Part shown: positions 8,086-14,197 of the stretch, one piece after another | Layout of the letters: every line of letters starts with the position of its first letter | How positions within the stretch are numbered: position 1 is the first letter of the stretch | Assembly (NCBI GenBank): GCA_964563685.1 | Contig: CAZLXL010000003.1 | Span: forward strand, 237,585-269,584 | Source of the DNA: an uncultured Propionivibrio sp. | Lineage (GTDB): Bacteria; Pseudomonadota; Gammaproteobacteria; Burkholderiales; Rhodocyclaceae | Reading direction: 5' to 3' | DNA length: 32,000 nt | Translations under genes and position numbers: made by a program | Notes under the pieces: generated by a model | What the model saw: only the letters and a program-made list of their open reading frames with translations | Told to the model about the DNA's origin: nothing | The model's database searches: none

Positions 8086-8506
8086 GCGCCCTTTGCTGTG
8101 ATTGGAGATGAAGCGGACAGCAGTTCGCTTTAATTGCCTGAACATGGCTATTTTTCCTAAAAGAACAACATCACAGAAATAACAAGTTGAGAAAAGCTCA
8201 GAAGAACAAAGACAGGAAACAGAAATACCCCACGCAGCAAAACAACCGCAGGCACGCAGGAACAATCGACAAGGGACGATCCGCAGCGTGCGCAGGTTAG
8301 CAGTGCTGGGGCTGGTGCAAAACAGAGCACAGAGCGCACGCGCAAATTCGCGTAAATACAAAAACAAAGGAAATAGCGAAATGCTTTGGTTCATTACTAA
8401 CTTACTGAATAAATTGAATAACACGCCTGACAAAAATCGGTTGTGCACCACAAATCAAAGACCATACACTATGACTAATGAATCATTTGATTTGGAGAGG
8501 AAAAAG
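8086..8506 (+). promoter_or_regulatory. 420-nt non-coding region: candidate replication origin or long leader/ncRNA
   Basis: No credible ORF. The plus strand is strongly T-poor over about 8158-8366. Five CGCAG pentamers lie in 8233-8295. GCGTGCGC/GCGCACGC inverted repeat sits at 8286-8293 / 8334-8341. An AT-rich tract spans 8381-8430. A 9-bp inverted repeat lies at 8451-8459 / 8486-8494. Confidence 0.35.
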
Positions 8507-9073
8507 ATGGGACAGGCAAAAACACTGACAGATCAGGAACTGAAGCGCGTACTCAATTTCATTTCCTGCCAGAAGCACGCGCAGCGCAATCGGGCGATGC
8601 TGCTGATTACCCACTATTCGGGAATGCGCGTTGGCGAAGTTGCCGCGCTCAGGATCGGCGATGTCTGGTCAGCCGAAAGCGGCGTGAAACCCGAAGTGCG
8701 TTTGCTGCCAGAACAGACGAAGGGCAAGCACCCTCGCGCCGTGTTCATTCCACAGAAGCTGCGCAGGGAATTGGCGACATACTTGGCAACCATCGACCGC
8801 ACCGATGTTTCCAAGCCGCTCTTCTCCACCCAAAAGCGCGATCACTTCACTGCCAATACACTGTGCCAACATTTTCACTGGCTCTACAGACAGGCGGGGA
8901 TTGCTGGCGCAAGCAGCCACAGCGGACGACGGACATTTATTACAGCACTGGCAAACAAGGGCGTCGGCGTGCGCGTGTTGATGGCGCTGGCTGGGCATCG
9001 CAACATCTCAACAACGCAAGCCTACATCGACGTAAACGACGAGATGAAACGGGCTGCGGTCGAGTTGATTTAA
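8507..9073 (+). CDS. short tyrosine recombinase (188 aa, catalytic domain only; FimB/FimE-sized)
   Basis: SGMRVGEV (Arg I), SHSGRRTF (H-x-x-R), GHRNISTTQAYI (His/Tyr). GGAGAGG Shine-Dalgarno lies 6 nt before ATG 8507. Alternative in-frame starts are at 8471 and 8381. Confidence 0.8.
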   Translation: MGQAKTLTDQELKRVLNFISCQKHAQRNRAMLLITHYSGMRVGEVAALRIGDVWSAESGVKPEVRLLPEQTKGKHPRAVFIPQKLRRELATYLATIDRTDVSKPLFSTQKRDHFTANTLCQHFHWLYRQAGIAGASSHSGRRTFITALANKGVGVRVLMALAGHRNISTTQAYIDVNDEMKRAAVELI

Positions 9074-9092
9074 CTGTCGGGTAAAACGACAG
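9074..9092 (-). repeat. TGTCG-N7-CGACA element, copy b
   Basis: The plus strand reads ctgtcgggtaaaacgacag and the reverse strand reads cTGTCGttttaccCGACAg. It fills exactly the 19-nt gap between the convergent stops at 9073 and 9093. Confidence 0.8.
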
Positions 9093-10010
9093 TCAGTTGT
9101 TACCTTCGTCCCAATCTTCGCCATAAATCGGCTGATCGGCGGGTCGCAAGCTCAAGTCTAATGACCACCACGCTTCCTCAAGCGCTTTGTGTCTTGCCAG
9201 ATGTCTCGGTGAATAATAGCCTTCTGTGTTCGGCTGATACATATAAAAGACGGGAAAGCGACCGTAGGTAACACACGAAATCAGCTGGTTGGCACGCCGT
9301 AAATAGCGACTGACCGTCGCCCGCATTCGATTCTGTCTTCGCTTCAGCTCATCGTAATCATCGGACAGCAGCGCATTTGCTGGACTCAGGTTCAGCATTT
9401 TTCCCAATTGAAATAGGTCGCAACGCTCTTGTTCGGCACTTGGATTCAAGCCTGCTGCACGCTTTGGCTTGAGGATCAATTCGCGGTGTGCGCTCCATAC
9501 CTGATGCGTTTTCTCCAAAACGTGGAGTCTGTAAGCAACGGGGTTAATCGGAAAACTGGAATTGCTTGTTTCGAGGACGTTGCGCGGACGCGCGAAATCC
9601 ACAGTTGCGAGCATTTTGCGTATCTGCTTCATCACAGTTTCCTTACGCAAAATCAGCGGCACTTCCAGTAACGCGCGATCCTTGCTTGGCTCACGAAGAT
9701 CCGACAGATCGGGTTTGATCATCTTGACCCTCGGTGGATCAATTTGCTCCTCAAAGACATGGCACCCCCTGCGACGCCACCATTCGTCAAACGACACACT
9801 GTAGATGTCGCCAAACGCATCCCAAACCCGCAAGAGCGTGGGATCAAACGTCCGTCCATAAGTCCTCGATAACAGCCAATAGGTCTTGCTGAGGCGCAAG
9901 AACTCAAACCACCACCGCCGCACGCTGATTCTCGCATCACGCAGTTCATCTTCTTCGTTCTTGTATCTGAAGCGCGGGAAGCCCTTTTGTGGTCGTCGTT
10001 GTACCAGCAT
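9093..10010 (-). CDS. hypothetical protein (305 aa) with Trp-rich N-terminal motif RRWWFEFLRLS
   Basis: GGGAG Shine-Dalgarno before ATG 10010. Protein-like composition. No family recognised with confidence. Confidence 0.65.
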   Translation of the reverse strand: MLVQRRPQKGFPRFRYKNEEDELRDARISVRRWWFEFLRLSKTYWLLSRTYGRTFDPTLLRVWDAFGDIYSVSFDEWWRRRGCHVFEEQIDPPRVKMIKPDLSDLREPSKDRALLEVPLILRKETVMKQIRKMLATVDFARPRNVLETSNSSFPINPVAYRLHVLEKTHQVWSAHRELILKPKRAAGLNPSAEQERCDLFQLGKMLNLSPANALLSDDYDELKRRQNRMRATVSRYLRRANQLISCVTYGRFPVFYMYQPNTEGYYSPRHLARHKALEEAWWSLDLSLRPADQPIYGEDWDEGNN

Positions 10011-10027
10011 TTCTCCCTCTTTTTCGG

Positions 10028-10074
10028 CAGATTAACAGTGTGGTGCTCAATTGTGACATACGACGGTTAATCTG
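10028..10074. promoter_or_regulatory. 9-bp inverted repeat in the divergent promoter region
   Basis: cagattaac (10028-10036) and gttaatctg (10066-10074) lie between the divergent starts at 10010 (-) and 10159 (+). Confidence 0.3.
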
Positions 10075-10158
10075 GAAAATGAACTCCATCGACAGCGCAA
10101 CACACCACGGCACCTTCGCCTCCACTGCGCGATCGATCTTTCAAAAAGGAGAAACACC

Positions 10159-10974
10159 ATGCAAGACCAAGTCAACGTCACCAAAGCCGCCATCGCCACC
10201 ATTACTGTCGGGCAAAACGACACTGTGAACGTTGCTGCTGAGAAAGCAGTCACGCCCGATTTTGCGGCGAACTACAAGCGTATTCAGCAACTTGTTGTTG
10301 AACGTGAAGTATGGGAAAACACGGTCCTGCGCACGTGCAACGATCAGCTTTATGCGCTGCTTGCGAAGTGCTACGCGCTTTACTTTGAAATGGTCGGCAG
10401 TTCCGAAGCAGCGAAAGCAATGCGCAGCGCACTCGAAAGCGTGATCAACACCAAGGGCTATCGCTTTACCAAGGGCACGCACACGCTCACCAAAATCGTC
10501 AAATGCGTGTTTGGCGTCGATCGTCGTCGCGTGTCTGCCTATAGTCTCGTGCTGCGCGAAGCTTTGTCGCGCAATCTCAAAGATGCTGAAATCGCCAGCT
10601 TTATCGCGGGAAAAGGCGGCGTCGAAGAGATTCGTCGTAGCAAGAGCGCAACTGCTATCACCCCAAAGCAAAAAGCAGAGCTGGGCAAGCAAGCTGTTAG
10701 CGCCACGCATCTCGGCGTCATCAGCAGCAGCAATATCGCCGAAAAAATCGATATTGCAAATGTAGGCAATGATTTGGTCGCCATCGTCACGCAGCAAGCC
10801 GACGGCAGTCTGATCGTGCGTGCGCTGATTAACAGTCAAAGCGTCCTAAACGCTGCGCTCGCGTGCGCTTACACCGAAAACAAAGGTGTCGTGCAAACCG
10901 ACATCAACAACGCCAAGCCTGCAAACGATGACCAGTTTCGCGCTGATCTTATCGCCAACGCAGCAAGCAACTAA
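10159..10974 (+). CDS. hypothetical protein (271 aa), first gene of a co-directional cassette
   Basis: AAAGGAGAAA Shine-Dalgarno. Protein-like composition (…WENTVLRTCNDQLYALLAKCYALY…GGVEEIRRSK…). Function unknown. Confidence 0.7.
   Translation: MQDQVNVTKAAIATITVGQNDTVNVAAEKAVTPDFAANYKRIQQLVVEREVWENTVLRTCNDQLYALLAKCYALYFEMVGSSEAAKAMRSALESVINTKGYRFTKGTHTLTKIVKCVFGVDRRRVSAYSLVLREALSRNLKDAEIASFIAGKGGVEEIRRSKSATAITPKQKAELGKQAVSATHLGVISSSNIAEKIDIANVGNDLVAIVTQQADGSLIVRALINSQSVLNAALACAYTENKGVVQTDINNAKPANDDQFRADLIANAASN
10205..10223 (-). repeat. TGTCG-N7-CGACA element, copy d (inside a CDS)
   Basis: The plus strand reads ctgtcgggcaaaacgacac and the reverse strand reads gTGTCGttttgccCGACAg. It spans codons 16-22 (TVGQNDT) of the gene starting at 10159. 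Confidence 0.75.
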
Positions 10975-10996
10975 TCGCACTACACGGGCGCGGGCA

Positions 10997-11013
10997 TGTC
11001 GCCCGCCCCGACA
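10997..11013. repeat. TGTCG-N7-CGACA element, copy e (GC-rich spacer)
   Basis: TGTCGcccgcccCGACA lies in the 65-nt gap before the AAA+ gene. It shares the right flank cccgacactc with copy c. Confidence 0.7.
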
Positions 11014-11039
11014 CTCACTCTAAACAAAGGAGAAATGCA

Positions 11040-11696
11040 ATGTTCTACACGCCTTCAAATATCAACGACATCGTCTATCACTCAGTGGTAGAGCGGAAGC
11101 TGATCAACGACATAGCAGCAGGAACGATTCAATTTCCTGCATGCGGCAAAAACGGCATCTTGCTCTACGGCATCTACGGCACAGGCAAGACAACGTTGGC
11201 AAGGCTGTTGCCAGAAGCGATTGAGCGCGGCAAGGGCGGGGGCAGTGTTTACTACGACTTTTTTCCCTGCGAGCAAGGGCAGAACGGGGTGCAAGTGATC
11301 ACCAAAATTCGCAACACTGCGGAAAAGGTTTCAATTTTCAACTACAGCGGATATCACTACTTTGTGCTGGACGAGGTGGACAACTTGACCGATGCCGCGC
11401 TGGCGTCGCTGAAAACAGCGATGGGCATTCCGCAGACGATCTTCATCATGACCACCAATCACATCAGCGAGATTGATGCTGGTGTTCAAAATCGCTGCGT
11501 GCGCATCAATTTCAACGCGGCGCAAGCGAGCGAATGGTTGCCGTTTGCAAGACGCGTGCTCAACGATTGCGACGCAGGCGAGATCAGCGACGACAAGCTC
11601 ATCCCCGTCATTGATAGCTGCAAAGGCTCTGCGCGAGAAATCGCGGAAGCAATGCAGAGAATCGCAGCGCATCAAACCGTGACCGTATCTCTTTGA
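11040..11696 (+). CDS. AAA+ ATPase, clamp-loader (RFC / DnaX / gp44)-like, 218 aa
   Basis: Walker A GIYGTGKTT, Walker B YFVLDEVD, sensor-1 IFIMTTN, and QNRCVRINF resembling the clamp-loader SRC motif. AAAGGAGAAA Shine-Dalgarno. Confidence 0.75.
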   Translation: MFYTPSNINDIVYHSVVERKLINDIAAGTIQFPACGKNGILLYGIYGTGKTTLARLLPEAIERGKGGGSVYYDFFPCEQGQNGVQVITKIRNTAEKVSIFNYSGYHYFVLDEVDNLTDAALASLKTAMGIPQTIFIMTTNHISEIDAGVQNRCVRINFNAAQASEWLPFARRVLNDCDAGEISDDKLIPVIDSCKGSAREIAEAMQRIAAHQTVTVSL

Positions 11697-11726
11697 TTTC
11701 AACACCACAAACGAAAGGAAATAACA

Positions 11727-12209
11727 ATGATTACGCTGAAGATTGTTGAGAAGATGGCTGAAAAAATGAAGTGGGAGCAACGGTTTTTCACGGCTTACAA
11801 AGGAGGGCTACTACCAATATCTGACGTGATTTTTAGTAGTTTATGCAAGTTCCTCGTTGCTGTTGAAGACGGTAAAGAACTTGGATTTATGCGTCTGAGT
11901 GATTATTCACGCAAAGGCGTGGGATATCTGAGCGAGGAGTTTTGGAGCATATCCGATGCTTACGTGAAGCCCCGTTACAGAGGCAAAGGTGTTCTCCGTG
12001 AAATGATTTCTCAAGCCGTACGCGATCACAGCGTTAAGATGCTTTTCATCGAAACAAGTCGGCTTGCAAAAAACTACGACTATTACTCAACGCTCGGATT
12101 CTCCGATGTCAAACTGGTAGAGGAAGGCAAAATGGCATACGTGCGCCATGTCGGCACGCATAAAGTTCGATTGGCTAGCAATGATGCGCAATACAAGATT
12201 TGCGCATAG
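11727..12209 (+). CDS. GNAT-family N-acetyltransferase-like protein (160 aa)
   Basis: AYVKPRYRGKGVLREMISQAV matches the GNAT motif A (R-x-x-G-x-G) acetyl-CoA pocket. AT-richer than its neighbours. AAAGGAAA Shine-Dalgarno. Confidence 0.6.
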   Translation: MITLKIVEKMAEKMKWEQRFFTAYKGGLLPISDVIFSSLCKFLVAVEDGKELGFMRLSDYSRKGVGYLSEEFWSISDAYVKPRYRGKGVLREMISQAVRDHSVKMLFIETSRLAKNYDYYSTLGFSDVKLVEEGKMAYVRHVGTHKVRLASNDAQYKICA

Positions 12210-12219
12210 ACAGAAATAA

Positions 12220-12238
12220 CTGTCGTTTTTCCCGACAC
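12220..12238 (+). repeat. TGTCG-N7-CGACA element, copy c
   Basis: cTGTCGtttttccCGACAc, 10 nt after the GNAT stop codon. Confidence 0.8.
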
Positions 12239-12355
12239 TCTCCAATGCTCGCCTTACAAGCGGGCATTTTGCTATGTGCGCCACTTGCCGTCCCGAATTT
12301 CGTCGGATTCTCCCAATTTCCCGCCGATAAATACAAGAAACAGGGAGAAATCACC

Positions 12356-12634
12356 ATGCGTTTCGCTGAATTTGCGCCACCTGCCAGCGCAGCACAAAAC
12401 AGGCAACCACGACAGCAGCAGAAGCGGCAGCCTGCCGCATTGGAGCCGACCGATGTAGCACGGGGAAGAATGCGGCGCGAACTGGCGAAGAAGATTGCCC
12501 AGTCACAAGCCCAAGTCCAGCCCACGGAAGATGATCTTGCCATCGCCTTTATGCGTGCTTGCCAAGCGCAGAATGCCGTCGATGACGCCGCGCAGCAGAC
12601 TGGCGATTACCGCCCCAAACGCTTCAACGGCTAA
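12356..12634 (+). CDS. small basic/Gln-rich hypothetical protein (92 aa)
   Basis: GGGAGAAA Shine-Dalgarno before ATG 12356. Its stop overlaps the convergent integrase stop (CTAA at 12631-12634). No HTH recognised. Confidence 0.5.
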   Translation: MRFAEFAPPASAAQNRQPRQQQKRQPAALEPTDVARGRMRRELAKKIAQSQAQVQPTEDDLAIAFMRACQAQNAVDDAAQQTGDYRPKRFNG

Positions 12635-13992
12635 TCGGCGTCCTGCTGCTTTCCGCTGGTTTTGGCTTTCCTCTTTCTACGCGACTGAAGCATTCCCACG
12701 CCGTCCTCGCCTTTCAACTGCGCCGCGTAGAATCGGTCGATCATTTCAGGCGAGGTCCGCGCATTACGCGCCAGCGTGATCACATCCATCTTCTCGCCAT
12801 ACAGCAGGCGATACATGATGCAGGTATGGCGCAGCGAATACATGGTCCTGTCTTCGCCTTTCGCTGCCTTGCTCAAGTTCGTGCTCCACATCAGCACATC
12901 AAACTGGCGCTGGAGTTGTTTGAGCGCGTAATCCCGTTTTTCGTATTGCGGCAGGAAAACATAATCGTCAGGCGCTACGCCGAGCCCGCGAGCGCGATTG
13001 AGTGCAGTGAGGCGCTCATACACATCCACCGCTTTGGGCATCGTTACGATGGGCGCGTCGTGCTTCTTGCTGAGCGGCAAGCTCAAGCGCAAGTACACGT
13101 GGTCGTTGCGCAGGATTTCGACATGCTTGTGTTGCAGGTGCTTGATGTCCGTCGGGCGAATGAAGCTGTTGCTCATGAACACGATCAGTTCGACCAAGTC
13201 CGCCGTGATTTCAATGCTGCGTATCTTTCTGCCGTTCCCTTTGTGACTGCCAGCAGGAAAGTATTGCGCCAGTTCTTCTCCGCCTTTCTTGTTCTTCAGT
13301 TTCACCGCGTCAAAACGCTTGCCAATCAGCGCACGCGCTCGGCTCCATAACAGCCGATACTCGCGGGTCGTGAAGTAGCCTCGGGGATTGTCGGGTGTCA
13401 CGACACTTGGAAAGTGCGGGATCATGCTGATCAGTTGCCGCTTGTAGGCATGGTTCAGCACCTTGCGCACGAGCTTCATATAGCTGGCGATTGTCGATGG
13501 GCTTAGCTTCGGCTGTATATGCGACAACTCGCTGAGATAGCGCTCCAGCAAGTCATAGTTGATATCGGCGGCGTCACGCTCGCCGAAGAACGGCAGGATG
13601 CTTTTCTGGAGCCTATAGTCGGTGATCTCGTAGGTCTGCTTGGTTATTTCACCGCGTGCCACCTGCGCCTTCATCGATGCCAGCATGGCAACCGCACACA
13701 TGTCGAAACGCGATTTGGTGGTGACTGACAGACCTTGCGCACGCCGCAGATTAATGTCGTCGTAGAACTGCTTGGCGAATCGGAACGCCTCGTTCTTGTT
13801 CTCGGTCTTGGTGCTGCGTCGGACGATCTTGCCGTCGGTGTAATAGCGCACCCACCAATAGCTGCTCGCTTCCAGTTTGTAGATGATCAGTTTCTTAGGA
13901 TAGCCAGGCACAGGCGCTAAAGACCCCGCCAGCGGCACGGTTCGATGTTTCTTCTGCAAAGCAGCGGTCTGGATCGTTTTCTCTTCTTGCAT
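12631..13992 (-). CDS. tyrosine recombinase / integrase of island A (453 aa)
   Basis: FIRPTDI (Arg I), SLRHTCI (H-x-x-R), IDRFYAAQ (Tyr). Arm-type N-terminus KLIIYKLEASSYWWVRYYTDGK. Start taken as ATG 13992; the track ORF extends to 14055. Lies about 200 nt from the tRNA. Confidence 0.9.
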   Translation of the reverse strand: MQEEKTIQTAALQKKHRTVPLAGSLAPVPGYPKKLIIYKLEASSYWWVRYYTDGKIVRRSTKTENKNEAFRFAKQFYDDINLRRAQGLSVTTKSRFDMCAVAMLASMKAQVARGEITKQTYEITDYRLQKSILPFFGERDAADINYDLLERYLSELSHIQPKLSPSTIASYMKLVRKVLNHAYKRQLISMIPHFPSVVTPDNPRGYFTTREYRLLWSRARALIGKRFDAVKLKNKKGGEELAQYFPAGSHKGNGRKIRSIEITADLVELIVFMSNSFIRPTDIKHLQHKHVEILRNDHVYLRLSLPLSKKHDAPIVTMPKAVDVYERLTALNRARGLGVAPDDYVFLPQYEKRDYALKQLQRQFDVLMWSTNLSKAAKGEDRTMYSLRHTCIMYRLLYGEKMDVITLARNARTSPEMIDRFYAAQLKGEDGVGMLQSRRKRKAKTSGKQQDAD

Positions 13993-14047
13993 AGAGCACC
14001 TATGTCTCAGCGCACTATATGCTCTACACCGCTCAAATACAAGACTT

Positions 14048-14081
14048 ACAGCCATTCAAGCAGACAGCAACACAGCCATTC
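14048..14081. repeat. direct repeat ACAGCCATTC x2 in the integrase-proximal arm
   Basis: Perfect 10-mers at 14048-14057 and 14072-14081, upstream of the integrase start. Confidence 0.45.
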
Positions 14082-14111
14082 TGTTTGCCTAAACTGGCGA
14101 AAATATGGCAG

Positions 14112-14139
14112 AAGTAGTATAGATTACACTATACTACTT
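14112..14139. repeat. inverted pair of AAGTAGTATAG (arm-type site candidate, tRNA-proximal arm)
   Basis: aagtagtatag (14112-14122), attaca, ctatactactt (14129-14139). The same 11-mer occurs as the tandem pair at 3994-4015. Confidence 0.6.
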
Positions 14140-14143
14140 TTAT

Positions 14144-14171
14144 GCAAAATAAAACCCGCACAAAGCGGGTT
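14144..14171 (-). terminator. rho-independent terminator downstream of tRNA-Arg (island-encoded)
   Basis: The minus strand reads aacccgc-tttgt-gcgggtt followed by ttatttt. It lies 27 nt past the tRNA 3' end, inside island A. Confidence 0.6.
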
Positions 14172-14197
14172 AAATACTTGATATTACTGAGAATTCT

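Noticed and set aside
8161-8367. Crc/Hfq-type AAnAAnAA motifs (8161, 8178, 8202, 8360), which might suggest a CrcZ-like sponge RNA.
   Set aside because: At about 45% A (a by-eye estimate), roughly two such matches are expected by chance in 210 nt. Four is not convincing, and no sRNA promoter or terminator is evident.
8147-8377. An invertible promoter switch bounded by GCTATTTTTCCT and AGGAAATAGC.
   Set aside because: The inverted repeat is imperfect, with a 2-nt indel in a T-tract, and is short. Such a pair is plausible by chance in an A/T-biased region. It is kept only as a testable note under the recombinase finding.
8068-8451. A 127-aa minus-strand ORF inside the 420-nt non-coding block.
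   Set aside because: The Cys/Phe/Leu-rich translation is a by-product of the T-rich minus strand. There is no Shine-Dalgarno and the sequence is not protein-like.
9074-9092. Possible LexA (SOS) boxes, because the elements read CTGT...ACAG.
   Set aside because: The proteobacterial LexA box is CTGT-N8-ACAG. Here the spacing is N11, and the conserved core is TGTCG/CGACA.
10141-10839. A 232-aa minus-strand ORF opposite the 271-aa gene.
   Set aside because: It lacks a ribosome-binding site. The plus-strand gene has a strong Shine-Dalgarno and a more protein-like composition.
8174-12220. A shared 10-mer, CAGAAATAAC, at 8174 and 12211.
   Set aside because: Tens of exact 10-mer coincidences are expected within a 10-kb region, so this is not significant.
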